From: Octopus sinensis
Taxonomy: Eukaryota
NCBI RefSeq assembly: GCF_006345805.1
Contig: NC_043006.1
Location: 14,198,001 to 14,262,000, forward strand
Length of the DNA: 64,000 nt
Reading direction: 5' to 3'
The position numbers and the translations under genes are program-made. Below, piece by piece: positions 47,727 to 60,106 of the stretch (within the stretch, counting starts at the first letter, position 1; each line of letters opens with the position of its first letter). The notes under the pieces were generated by a model. The model worked only from the letters and a program-made list of their open reading frames with translations, was not told the origin of the DNA and did no database searches.

Positions 47727-48210
47727 GTATGTTGCTTTAAGTCCTTTCATTTCAGCTCTCAGCTAATAATGTAAGATTGTTTTACACATCCAAGAAATAG
47801 GTGTTTGAGAAATGCATGTGTGTGTGTGTGTGTGTGTGTAATAATGGCTAATATAAATGTTGGTTGGCTGGTTTACATTGTATAGGGAGAAAGTAGAGAG
47901 AGAAATAGAGAGATGCAGAGAGCGGGTTAAAATAAGAGGTGCTAGATGAGTGCACATACTATGCTTGGTGACAGGTAATGAGTAAAGAAACACTCTACAC
48001 ACACATGTACACACAGTGAGTGAGGAAATATCATGGAGATGAAGGAGGAGGAGGGGGAATGTTAGAGTTGTTATGGAAGGAATTATACAAATGAGAAATT
48101 CATGTTATTTAATTCTATGTTAATTTTTTGTTTTGAAAATTAGTATTTATTTCATCAGTTTCCAGAAGCAGTAAAAAGTTTGATAAAAGTCAAATTATAC
48201 TTATTATATA

Positions 48211-48717
48211 CTAGCAGTATTGCCCGGCTTTGCAAAATGGTCACATTTAATTCAAAGCATTAAAAATGTTATGAAAACAATTGGTATGTGTTCACAAAGT
48301 CCAAAAAATTAATATGGAAAAACCCTCCAGGCTACATCCCGAAAATTCATTTCTTTGCTGAATTTCTACAATGTTTACAGTGATTCGTTTTTATATCTTG
48401 ATTTTTTATTTTTCATGCAATTTACGCATGCTTGCACACGTGGTGAACACAGTTTACGTCAAACAGCTGACTGAGTAAAATTCACTATTCAATGCATGGG
48501 ATAAGGCCTAAACAAACACATTATCGATTTTTGCACTCGCGGGATGAATTTCGGAACAGAAATAGCGCAGGTCAATTTTCATTCGCCTAAACTTTAAGTG
48601 ACCCATTTTTGGTGGTTCTACGATTTGTTGGCTAGGAGGAGATGTGCCGGGAAGTTAAACACACAAACACACACAGATATACACACAGACACTCAAGTTG
48701 AGTTTTATATATATAGA
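48211..48717 (-). mobile_element. Short non-autonomous Helitron
   Basis: A|TCTATATATATAAAA 5' end; GCCGGGCAATACTGCTAG|T 3' end. Confidence 0.7.
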
Positions 48718-48867
48718 TGTATATATTATTGTATATTTCTTGATAATATCCATGGTGACAAAAGTATACTTCCTATTTTACCTGTCATATGACCAGTAAC
48801 ACTCTAGCATGTGTGTGTGTGTGTACGCATGTATAAAGTGTTTGAAGTGATGTACAAATATTGTATA

Positions 48868-49245
48868 CTAGCAGTATCGCCCGGCGTTGCTCAGGTTTGT
48901 AAGGGAAATAACTATAAAGCATTTTTAGAGAGTTATAGCCAAAAAATAGCAAAAAAATGGAAGAAAATGATGGTAAATTTTTTATTTTAAATTAAAAAAG
49001 GTGGAGTTGCGTCCCCTAGACAGTTTGTGTTTATGATTCTCGACCCCATGTCGAATTTATCGATTTTTTTCAGAACTGGGGGAACTTTTCAAAATTTTCG
49101 CTGCGTTAGTTTTGAATTATGACATTGGGCTATGTGTGTGTCAAGTTTCATCAGAATCGGTTGAAAGCCATGGTCAGGGTGAGGGTACAAGCAAACAGAC
49201 ACACAGAAGCACGCACAGACAAACTGCCGTTTATATATAGAGAGA
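48868..49245 (-). mobile_element. Short non-autonomous Helitron
   Basis: A|TCTCTCTATATATAAACGGC...hairpin CTAG|T; near-identical to 60371-60756. Confidence 0.85.
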
Positions 49246-49394
49246 TTAAGAAAAAGGAGGCAGTCAGAATTTTGGATAATTCTTTATTCATGAGGATTCT
49301 TCAAATAAAAAAGAAAAAAAATTTTTTTTTTTTTTTAAATCCTCATGAATGCATGAAAGGGCTAAACAAAGAATTGTCCAAAATCCTGACTAAA

Positions 49395-49715
49395 TCCTTT
49401 TCCTTCTCTATCTCTCTATCCGCCTTTTCCTTCTCTATCTCTCTATCCGCCCAGTCAAAGTCGACTCTCGGTCACTCGTTGGATCAGTATCCTCCAGTCA
49501 GTTCTATCCTGGGCCGCTTCCCTCAGATTGGCCATGTCCATTCCGGTATCACTCCTGATGGTGTCAAGCCAGCGGGTTCTTGGTCGGCCTTTTCCTCTCT
49601 TGCCACTGACCATTCCGAGCATGATGTCCTTCTCCAGGGATTTTCTCCACATAATATGACCAAAATATGCCAATCTATGCTTGGTGATCCCAGCTTCTAG
49701 TGACATTTTCAGCCT
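49395..49715 (-). mobile_element. RTE-BovB-like LINE 3' end
   Basis: ORF 49455-49706: RLAYFGHI.RKSLEKDIMLG.VSGKRGKGRPRTRWLD...QDRTDWR...ESRL; 27-bp duplicated tail. Confidence 0.85.
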
Positions 49716-49743
49716 GATCTGCTTAAGAACTTCTCCTTTTCCT

Positions 49744-49805
<62 letters not shown>

Positions 49806-50129
49806 TGTCTTTTACTTGTTTCAGGCATTGGACGGTGGCCATGCTGGGGCACTGCCTTGAGGGGTTTAGTCAAAGAAATCAACCTCACCATTTATTTCTT
49901 TAAATCTGGTTCTTAATTTATCGGTCTCCTTTCTTTTTTTGCTGAGTCAGTAAGTTACATGAACATAAACAACCCAACACCAGTTATCAAGCAGCAGTGG
50001 GAAACCAACTTAAACAAACATAAAAACACACATAGATATATAATTTATTTTTTTTATAAATGAGTAACAGAGATGTACAGGTGTCAATTCATTACAGCTG
50101 TTTCACGTGACTCCTTTAATTGATCAATG

Positions 50130-51114
50130 TGCAATGATGCCATATTGGAAATGTCCAGCACACATGTGCAGGGCTGGAGTCTTCCGGAAAACTGGCAGCA
50201 GCGACATTCTCTTGTATCGCTCTCTTGGACGCTAGCAGCTGAACAAGACAGACATGTCTCCGTCAGCTCTCTCGAGCTGCTACCTCGTGGAGCATCTCCG
50301 CTATGCTTGAACGGGGGCAGGATTGACTCACTCCACTTGACTACTGCCGACAAGCTCTTAGGTTGCCGATTCGCCCAGAGGAAAGAAATGTTTATATTGC
50401 GAATCAAGGAATAAATATTTATACTGTTGAAATTAATCGGAAATCTTGACTCTTTCTTCGATTAATATTTAATGTAAAGGATGTGAACTGCACCCATCCA
50501 GTGCAGGGAATCTCTCATCCTGTTACAATTGGTGACCCCAACGTGATTTATTCTTTGATTCGCAGTATAAACATTTCTTTCCTCTGGGCGAATCGGCAGC
50601 CTAGGAGCTTATCGGCAGTAGTCAAGTGGAGTGAGTCAATCCTGCTCGTTCAAGCATAGCGGAGATGCGCTTGGACGCTAGCTGTTGAAATTAATCAGAA
50701 ATCTTGACTCTTTCTTCGATAAATATTTAATGTAAAGGATGCGAGCTACACCCATCCAGTGCGGGGAATCTCTCATCCTGTTACAATTGGTGACCCCAAC
50801 GTGATTTATTCTATGATTCGCAGTATGAACATTTCTTTCCTCTGGGCGAATCGGCAGCCTAGGAGCTTATCGGCAGTAGTCAAGTGGAGTGAGTCAATCC
50901 TACCCCCGTTCAAGCATAGTGGAGATGCACCACGGGGTAGCAGCTCAAGAGAGCTGATGGAGACACATCTGTATCATTCAGCTGCTAGCGTCGAAGAGAA
51001 TAATACAAGAGAATTTCGCTGCTGCCAGTTTTCTGCATATGTGCATGAGGGAACTTCCGAAAGACTCCAACCCTGCACATGCATGCTGGAGATTTTCAAT
51101 ATGGCGTCACTACA
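50130..51114. mobile_element. Palindromic LTR/PBS fold-back integrant (Gypsy-like, tRNA-Trp PBS)
   Basis: LTR 50130-50527 (TG...TTACA) and PBS TGGTGACCCCAACGTGAT twice (50530, 50788). The antisense LTR ends at 51114. 4-bp TSD AATG. Confidence 0.8.
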
Positions 51115-51648
51115 AATGAAAACATTACATCATTTGAAAGAAACCTTTCTCGCCAGATAACCACATAGACTTCAAACATAAAGCGCACAACCATTTCCTT
51201 GACATATTCACGTCAATAATGGAACTCCAAATATTTACATTGTTTCCTTTTGTCATATCTGTGGCAGAACGAGTTTAAAAAATAATGCATACCTTGCTGA
51301 GTCTACTATAATTTAGAGAGTAGCAGAGGAAATAGCAAGGGTCAGGATAAAAAGATGGTGACCTAGTTACTTACATTTAGAAGACTTTATGTAAAATGTA
51401 GTCTTCAACCGTTTAGAATCAAATCCGTTGGGAGTTGCCAACTGCATTCCAGTTAATTTGTGATAAATCAATTCATGTCAGACAATCTGCTAGGCTCTCA
51501 ATATACTGGAACCATATATCTAGCATTATCTACACAAAATGGTAGGCGTAGGGTTAGTAGTAAGGGGATGCCTGATGGAGAAGGGGTGATAATTGGAAGA
51601 AAGAAGGATAGGGGTGGCCAATACTTACCTTGATTATCATATTGTATA

Positions 51649-51851
51649 CAGTGCTCAGGTGCACCACAACTTGTCGAAAGTATGCATATAAAGCATATGC
51701 AGTAATGTACATATTACTTATTTTGATTATCATATCAGATACATGCAAGCATGTATCTGACTCATACACTGTTCGCTTTCCAGACATTTGTACATTACTG
51801 CGTATACTTTATACGCACTCTTTTGACAAGTTGTGGTGCACCTGAGCACTG
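51649..51851. mobile_element. Tc1/mariner-type MITE or long hairpin in SIRT4 intron 2
   Basis: TA|CAGTGCTCAGG...CCTGAGCACTG|TA; about 70-bp arms. Confidence 0.6.
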
Positions 51852-52138
51852 TATACAATAATTTCATTATTATTATTATTAAGGGGGAATATAATGAAAA
51901 ACCAAAGGGATAAGTAGTATAAACTTCAGGGATGGAATTTAGAATCAAAGGATAAAGGAGTTTATGTATTTATATACCCTCTTACACATTTATGTGACTT
52001 CTATAGCTTATAAAAGGTTTGATAGTTTATTATTTCTTTTCATAAAACTCATTTATAATATAGTATATTATTTATATTTGTAATTACACATTTTATACTT
52101 GATATTTTTATACATTTGTATATATTTTGATTATTTTA

Positions 52139-52505
52139 TCATCATCATCATCATCATCATCATCATTTAGCGTCCGCTTTCCATGCTAGCATGGGTTGGA
52201 CGGTTCAACTGGGGGCTGTGAAGCCAGAAGGCTGCATCAGGCCCAATCTGATCTGGCAGTGTTTCTACGGCTGGATGCCCTTCCTAACGCCAACCACTCC
52301 GTGAGTGTAGTGGGTGCTCTTTACGTGCCACCCGCACAGGAGCCAGACAGAGCTGGCAAACGGCCACGGACGGATGGTGCTTTTTATGTGCCACCGGCAC
52401 TTGGCCAGGCAAGGCTGGCAACGGCCACAATCGGATGGTGCTTTTTACGTGCCACTGGCACAGGGGCCAGGCGAGGCTGGCAACGGCCACGAACAGATGG
52501 TGCTA
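52139..52505 (-). mobile_element. RTE 3'-UTR fragment in SIRT4 intron 2
   Basis: (CAT)n tail; same subfamily as 14120-14420. Confidence 0.85.
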
Positions 52506-52673
52506 CGTTCTTAATTATTTTGAAAATCAATTAAAACAAAAGGATATATTTCAACAAATATAATAACAAAATGTTTAAGGTATTATTGCTTTTAAAAATG
52601 TTGCATGTTCTTTTTGTTGGGTGGGGTTTGTGTTACGTTGTTACCATTCTAAAGTGTTTGTATTTTCTCTTAG

Positions 52674-52820
52674 GTTTATTCTAGCTACAGAATTCTCTTG
52701 GCTGCTCATAAACAGAAAAAACAGATCGGGGCAATAAACATCGGCCCAATACGTGGCGGACATTACCTCGACTTCCACATAAAAGCTAAGTGTGGTGATC
52801 TATTCTTACTTCTTGGATAG
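52674..52820 (+). CDS. SIRT4: SIRT4 exon 3 (VYSSYRILLAAHKQKKQIGAINIGPIRGGHYLDFHIKAKCGDLFLLLG*)
   Basis: VYS.YR, INIGP and CG motifs of the sirtuin C-terminus; ctcttag| acceptor; TAG ends at 52820. Confidence 0.9.
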   Translation, partial: VYSSYRILLAAHKQKKQIGAINIGPIRGGHYLDFHIKAKCGDLFLLLG

Positions 52821-53413
52821 CATTTCAATAATTTAAAGCGGATATTGGTATTTAAGTGACTGATTTTTTTAAATTATGAACTGTATACTTGTATATTTAA
52901 AAATATGTTTTCCCAATTAGTGAAAGTACCTATCCTAACATAATATTATTAATGAAATAATAATAATGTTAATGATGATCATTTAACCAAGAATTCGTCA
53001 TTATATAGAGAGTACATCACAAAATCAGATGTTGGCAGGGTATATATAAAAATATACAGGTGGTAGAGTGTTTAGTGCAAGGAGAAGTTATTTATTAAAA
53101 TTGCCGTGATTGGAATGGAAGTATAGCTTAGAGAAATTCCACCTTTAGCATTTAAACTGGCGATATCTGGCCCAAACATTCTACCTGTTTTATGTTCAAA
53201 CTGGCCAGATCCAGCCCCTCATACTTATGTTACCATGTCATTTTAGAAATAAACATTTACATCATCGAAATCTCGAAGCTACAAGATGATGCAGGATTAA
53301 CTCAAAAGACTGTGAATTAATAAGTGTTACATCAACAGAATAATCTGAATGCTAAAGGGTTGAATACCATATAACAACAGGAAAGGAAAACAGAATGAAA
53401 CTTTACAAATTAA

Positions 53414-53721
53414 CCCCTTACCCGGCAGAAACGAATATATTCGTTTTGACCGAAATCGTTTTTTTCTATCTCTGGCGAGTTAACTCGTCAAAAGATAGAC
53501 TCACCAAAATCGACAGCAAATGAGTTCCTTCGTCTAAAAACGGGTTAACTCGTTTCTGCCCAAAGCGGTAATTTAAAATCAATATTATTGAATTAAAATT
53601 CATAATAAATAAGGTTTGAAATATACCTCGAAATCACCATTCAAAACATAGTAAAATAAAACAATTCAAAAATATGTCTGAAAAAATACATTTATTTTCA
53701 AAATAATTGTTGGGTAAGGGG
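53414..53721. mobile_element. piggyBac-type MITE
   Basis: TTAA|CCCCTTACCC...GGGTAAGGGG|TTAA; subterminal GGCAGAAACGA / TCGTTTCTGCC inverted repeats. Confidence 0.8.
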
Positions 53722-53821
53722 TTAAAAGCTGGAGGCAAGAAATCCACACATTCTATTCTAAGGACACATCTATCGAAAATAAAACAAAAGTTAAAAAATA
53801 TAATGTAACCCTTTTGATACC

Positions 53822-54050
53822 TATTTCTTTACTACCCACAAGGGGCTAAACACAGAGGAGACAAACAAGAACAGACAAACGGATTAAGTCGGTTACATCA
53901 ACCCCAGTGCATAACTGGTACTTATTTAATCGACCCCAAAAGGATAAAATCAAAGTCGACCTCGGTGGAATTTGAACTCAGAACGTAACGGCAGACGAAA
54001 TACGGTTACGAATTTCGCCCGGCGTGCTAACGTTACTGCCACCTCACCAC
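53822..54050 (-). mobile_element. MetaSINE-like family B inserted into a MITE TIR
   Basis: 16-bp TSD TAACCCTTTTGATACC (53806 and 54064). Confidence 0.85.
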
Positions 54051-54066
54051 CTTATAGCCCTTATAA

Positions 54067-54266
54067 CCCTTTTGATACCAACCCACCCTATACTGTCTCT
54101 TGTTTAAGGATACTCCCTGTAAAACCTTGCATCAGAATTTCATGTTGATCTATGTTCCAAACACTGGTTTAATGCTGATGAAGATATTTTGTTAAATTCT
54201 TCATTATTTTCAAAGTTAAGTGAATCAAAGACAATATATTTCAAGAGGATTGTGATGACAAAAGGG
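54067..54266. mobile_element. piggyBac-type MITE related to 2973-3193; left TIR duplicated by a SINE insertion
   Basis: CCCTTTTG...CAAAAGGG|TTAA. Confidence 0.7.
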
Positions 54267-54812
54267 TTAAAGAGAAATTCTTGTAAAAATCAAATTTGTG
54301 AAAATACAAATGAAATTATTTCATAGTAAGTACCTCGGTAGAATACATATTATATAAATTTGACTCTTTGAAAAGCAGGAATCTATTGTTAACAGCCAGA
54401 AACTGGAAGATTGAATATGAAGAACTTAATAGTTGTAGCTCTGACTAATGATGGCATTTATGGTGCTACAAAGAAATCAAAAAAACAAAAGAAAATGAAC
54501 ATATCTGAAAGGGAATTTATATGTTGGGTATTTGAAGAATTTACTGAAATAGTTGACTGTTTATTAAGTTTTCAAAACAGGTAATGTTCACATATGCATA
54601 TAGACAGAAGTATTGATCTCAGTGTCGCTCAAGCTAAATTCTCAGGAACTATAAAATGGAAGTTGTAATATTCTGTCTCTTATTCTCTGTATCAAAACTA
54701 ATAAATCTAATTTAAATATCCGTGAGTTCTTATATTCTTTGTTATTGGAGTGTTACATGATTAATTCTTCTTTGAAATGATCTGTTAGTTCTAATATATA
54801 TGGAAAGTTGAA

Positions 54813-55198
54813 TGTGGAGGCGCAATGGCCCAGTGGTTAGGGCAGCGGACTCGCGGTCATAGGATCGCGGTTTCGATTTCCAGACCGGGCGTTGTGAGTG
54901 TTTATTGAGCGAAAACACCTAAAAGCTCCACGAGGCTCCGGCAGGGGATGGTGGTGATCCCTGCTGTACTCTTTCACCACAACTTTCTCTCACTCTTACT
55001 TCCTGTTTCTGTTGTACCTGTATTTCAAAGGGCCGGCCTTGTCACTCTCTGTGTCACGCTGAATATCCCCGAGAACTACGTTAAGGGTACACGTGTCTGT
55101 GGAGTGCTCAGCCACTTACACGTTAATTTCACGAGCAGGCTGTTCCGTTGATTTGGATCAACAAGAACCCTCGTCATCGTAACCGACAGAGTGCTTCC
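54813..55198 (+). mobile_element. SINE family C, tail type 4
   Basis: Near-identical to 60795-61179, inverted. Confidence 0.85.
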
Positions 55199-55345
55199 TC
55201 CTAGTTCTAATATATATGGAAAGTTTAACAGTTTGAATCTTAACCTCATCCTTCCAAGAAGTTTTCAGTTCCATTAAAATTCATCATGATTTAACAAACT
55301 TTGGAAATTTGGTGGGAAGATTCCTTTGACATTATTGCATAAACA

Positions 55346-55872
55346 TGTAGTGACACCATTTTGGAAGTCTTCAGCACACATGCGCAGAGTTGGATTTCTT
55401 CCGGTAGGCCGCCGGAAGCTCCCTCATGCGCATGTGCAGAGAACTACCAACAGCAGGATTTCCCACTGGATCTGTCTTTTTCGAAGCTGCAGCCGAATTG
55501 AGTGGACATGACCTCGTGGGTCTCCCAAGCAAGCCAACACGTAGAGAAGCCCTTCTATGCTGGAATGAGACAGCATTTGGCTCACACAAGTTAACTAATG
55601 TGACTAGTTTCATGGGCCATGGCTACTGGTTCGCTCTGAAAGAAATATATTCTTTTCTTTATTCTTTTACTTGTTTCAGTCATTTGACTGTGGCCATGCT
55701 GGAGCACTGCCTTTAGTCGAGCAAATCGACCCCAGGACTTATTCTTTGTAAGCCCAGTACTTATTCTATCAGTCTCTTTTGCCAAACCGCTAAGTGACGG
55801 GGACGTAAACACACCAGCATCGGTTGTCAAGCAATGCTAGGGGGACAAACACAGACACACAAACATACATAT

Positions 55873-55911
<39 letters not shown>

Positions 55912-56282
55912 CGATAGGCTTCTTTCAGTTTCTGTCTACCAAATCCACTCACAAGGCATTGGTCGGCCCGGGGCTATAGCAGAAGACACTTGCCCAAGAT
56001 GCCACGCAGTGGGACTGAACCCGGAACCATGTGGTTGATAAGCAAGCTACTTACCACACAGCCACTCTTGCGCCTATGTATATATATTATTGCGAATCCA
56101 GAAAAATAAATATTATTTATTGCTGTTGAAGATATTCGAAGTCTTGGTTTTCCTTTCGACAAAATAATTTAACGTAACAGGATAAGACCGGCACCCCTCA
56201 AGTGTTCCAGAGACCTTCATCCCTGTTGCAATTGGTGACCCCCGACGTGATTTGAACATGCAGCCTTCTGATCCCTGTTACA
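55346..56282 (+). mobile_element. Solo-LTR-like integrant of the related family, with a captured tRNA-Trp 3' half and an inserted SINE
   Basis: TGTAGTGAC...TGTTACA ends; 4-bp TSD AACA (55342-55345 and 56283-56286); tRNA-complement at 56233-56273. Confidence 0.8.
55648..56075 (-). mobile_element. SINE family A nested in the LTR
   Basis: Interrupts LTR homology between 55610 and 56085. Confidence 0.85.
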
Positions 56283-56529
56283 AACATACAAAGTCCCAAT
56301 CAAATTTAATGTAAGTCTTATGGACAATATACGATAAGACAAGTATCTAAAACCCTTCGAAATATTCTGCTGTAACTTGTTACTTCATGTGTATTGGAAT
56401 GTTTCTGTGATGCAGACCACACTTGGAATTTCTTTTGAATAAAGAAAGAATTGAAAATGAATGTGTTGAATTTGTTCGTTGTTTAATCCGTCTTTTCTCG
56501 TGAGATTTGTCCATCACTGTCCTTTTATC

Positions 56530-56740
56530 AACTACCACCACCACCATCACTACCATCAGAGCTATCACTACCACTGCCATTACCATTACCATTACCAACA
56601 ATACCACCATCACAATTATCACCACTTCCACTACCACCTCAACCACTACTTTCACTACCACTACAACTACCACCACCATCACTACTACTACTACTACTAC
56701 CATTACCTCTTTCACCACCACTATCATCACTATTACCTCT
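56530..56740. repeat. Degenerate (ACC/ACT)n trinucleotide repeat
   Basis: Explains the poly-Thr/His/Val ORFs in the track. Confidence 0.9.
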
Positions 56741-56769
56741 GCTGCCGATATTTTGTATGTCTTCAAGGC

Positions 56770-57090
56770 GGTGAGCTGTTTGCTTTGTTTGTTCCTCCTC
56801 GAGCGATGCCTGGCTCATAAGGGCCAGTTTCCCAGTTTCCTTGGCATATAGGTTCCCCACCTGGACAGGACGCCGGTCCATTGCAGGTGAACTGCAAGAT
56901 GCAAGGAGGAAAGAGTGAGTGAAAGTTGTGGCGAAAGAGTCAGCAGAAGTTTGCCATTACCTTCTGCCAGAGCCGCATGGAGCTTAGGTGTTTCACTCAT
57001 AAACATACACATCGCCCGGTCTGAGATTCGAACCCGCGATCCCTAGGCCACGAGACCGCTGCTCTAACCACTAGGCCATGTGCCTCCACA
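56770..57090 (-). mobile_element. SINE family C, tail type 3
   Basis: As above. Confidence 0.8.
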
Positions 57091-57815
57091 AGGTGGTGAG
57101 CTGGCAGAACCATTAGCATGCCAGACAAAATACTTAGAGACATTTCACCCATCTTTACATTCTTAGTTCAATTTTCACCAAGGTCAGTTTTACCTTTCAT
57201 CCTTATGGGGTCAATAAAAAAAAGTACCAGTTGAACATGGGGTCAATGTAATTGACTTATCCCCTCCTCCAAAATTGCTGGCTTTGTGCCAAAATTTGAA
57301 ATCAACATTTTGTATGTCTTAAATTGCAGTTTCTTTATTTATTGGAAGAATTTGTAACTTAGTTTCTCTCCTACCTTAATGCTCTTTTCCTGGATACCAT
57401 AGACTTCTAGATCTCATCTCTTCTTTACATTACTTCTTAAATCCCTACCCTCACCCAATGAAACCTGCATTCATCTATTCACAAACAGGGGATACTGACG
57501 AAATTTAAATCTTTGTAGCTGTGCCTTACTAGAAACATTTATAATCAGACAGCCATTTGTAACATTTGTAGAAGACTTACTGACTGGTGGAAGGCATTAA
57601 GGAGGTTTGGTAATAGAAGAGCCAACAAATGCTGGAATAACTGATTGTATTAAATAGTGAGTCCATGGCCATGTTAGGAAACTAAGTGGTTTCTCTTAAT
57701 GAAATGATTTTAAAATTGATTCAGCCCAACCAACAAGTACTTGTTTCATGACCAAACTCAAAAGTCACATTATACCACTGTTGTGTATATATATATATAT
57801 ATATCTTTCTCTCTC

Positions 57816-58217
57816 TTTTCTCTTTTACTTGTTTCACCCATTTGACTGTGGCCATGCTGGAGCACCGCCTTTAATCAAGCAAATCGACCCCGGGACTTAT
57901 TCTTTGTAAGCCCAGTACTTATTCTATTGGTCTCTTTTGCCGAACCACTAAGTGACGGGGACGTAAACACACCAGCATCGGTTGTCAAGCAATGCTAGGG
58001 GGACAAACACAGACACACAAACACATACATACATATATATACATATACATATATACGACAGGCTTCTTTCAGTTTCCGTCTACCAAATCCACTCACAAGG
58101 CATTGGTCGGCCCAGGGCTATAGCAGAAGACACTTGCCCAAGATGCCACACAGTAGGACTGAACCTGGAACCATGTGGTTGGTTAGCAAGCTACTTACCA
58201 CACAGCCACTCCTGCGC
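57816..58217 (-). mobile_element. SINE family A
   Basis: Full-length reverse copy. Confidence 0.85.
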
Positions 58218-58813
58218 ATTTTTTTCCCCAAATTTAAAGGTCAAAATTCCTACTGCATACTATATACGAGGTTAAAAAAGAAAAATATTTTCTAAGCAAT
58301 GTCCAAGTCTCTATTTGTTGTCCGGTAATGTTTATTCAGATGCATTTTGTGATGTCAGGTGTAGAAATACCTTAAGCTAAGCCTGAAAGCAATGAAGTCA
58401 TAAAAGAATCATCCATAACTTGCAGTAAGCACCATTTATTAAAATAAAAGTATTCAGAACACAGAATAACATGTAACAAAAACAATTTGCAAACATATTT
58501 ACATTCCCATATAACAGTTAAGAACATCACCATTATTGTATTACACATGCGCGGAAGTGTTTGTTCGACTAGGTGCTGCTGGCTTAATTACGCACGACTC
58601 AAGTTAGTGAAGGGGTGCATATTATACAAAAGGTTTAGGTTTTTCAGAAGTACAGCCCCCTAAAAATCCCCTGCGTATTATACTCAAGGGCGGACTATAC
58701 TTGATGATTTACGGTAAGTGGTTTCCCTTAATGAAATAATTTTAAAATTGATTCAGCTCAACCAATAAGTTCTTATTTCATGACCAAACTCAAAAGTCAC
58801 ATTATACCACTGT

Positions 58814-58882
<69 letters not shown>

Positions 58883-58913
58883 TATACATACATACACCAC
58901 ATATATATATATA

Positions 58914-59132
58914 CAAGTGGGATGCTGAAAAGTTCCTGGCTTTAAGGGTATCGCAAAAGGCCTGGTTGGAGGCCCAACCTTCCGAGTTCTTTTACAAGGC
59001 TTAGAAAAACTGAAGGACTGCTACAATAAGGGTGTGAATCTGGGTAGGGAACTCATTGGATAAAATTCATAATTAACTGATCCTCCTGCATTTTCTTTTA
59101 CCCAAAGCCAAGAACTCTCCAGTACCCCTTTG
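58914..59132 (+). mobile_element. Mariner deletion derivative
   Basis: TIR-like TA|CAAGTGGGATGCTGAAAAGTTCCTGG / CCAAGAACTCTCCAGTACCCCTTTG; remnant FFYKGLEKLKDCYNKGVNLG resembles the mariner C-terminus. Confidence 0.6.
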
Positions 59133-59839
59133 TGTGTGTGTGTCTGTGTCTGTGTATGTGTTTATATAAGTTCATCAGTCAGAACAACTAGGACCTTAAG
59201 GATGGTCTTGCACATTGACTTTGTTTAAAATGAAGAGAAGAGTCATGCAATACCAACCTCACCTTTTTGTCCGTGATCATCTTTAATCCAGTGGCAAGAC
59301 CAGGTCAACATGAACAGCTGATGGAAGTGGATGCAGTGGATGACCAAGATGTCTTACCTGCCTGTTCTTGCTCTCTGCAATCCACGATACATTGCTGCAA
59401 CCATTTTCGCCTCTGTTGAACCATGAAGGCTTCTTCCACAAAGTCCACTGGATCCAGCCCTCAAATGCATAGTTAACCAAAGTCTAATACCCTAATTAAC
59501 CCATAGCTGGACCCTAACAGTTGCTACTACACCAGGTCAGAGTAGACCTGGGAACAGTAGGGGCTAAGAGATGGTTCTACATTCTACACACCTTAGAACT
59601 CTGGGACTCCCAAGCCAAGACTCCACTATCTTTTATCTTTTATCTAATTCAGTTATTAGACTGTGGCCATACTGGGGCACTGCCTTCAAGAACTTTTAGT
59701 TGAATGAGTCAACTGCAGTACTTATTTTTTTTGGTTCTTATTCTATCAGTCTCTTTTTAACAAACTTCTAAGTTATGAGGATGTAAACAAACCAACACTG
59801 GTTGTCAAGCGATGGTGGGAGACAAGCACACACACGCAC

Positions 59840-59886
<47 letters not shown>

Positions 59887-59890
59887 TATA

Positions 59891-60044
59891 TAGGCACAGG
59901 TGTGGCTGTGTAGTAAGAAGCTTGCTTCCAACCACATGGTTCCAGGTTCAGTCCCACTGCATGGCACCTTGGGCAAGTGTCTTCTGCTATAGCCTCGGGC
60001 TAACCAAAGCCTTGTGAGTGGATTTGGTAGACTGAAACTGAATC

Positions 60045-60106
<62 letters not shown>

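Noticed and set aside
54820-54890. tRNA gene calls at SINE heads (also 8700-8777, 12020-12080 and others)
   Set aside because: A/B boxes are present but the cloverleaf is incomplete and continues into multi-copy SINE bodies.
56233-56273. tRNA-Trp gene
   Set aside because: Only the 3' half, antisense, including the post-transcriptional CCA; it is a reverse-transcribed primer copy.
56380-56851. Mucin-like poly-Thr/His/Val ORFs
   Set aside because: Translations of a degenerate trinucleotide microsatellite running into a SINE.
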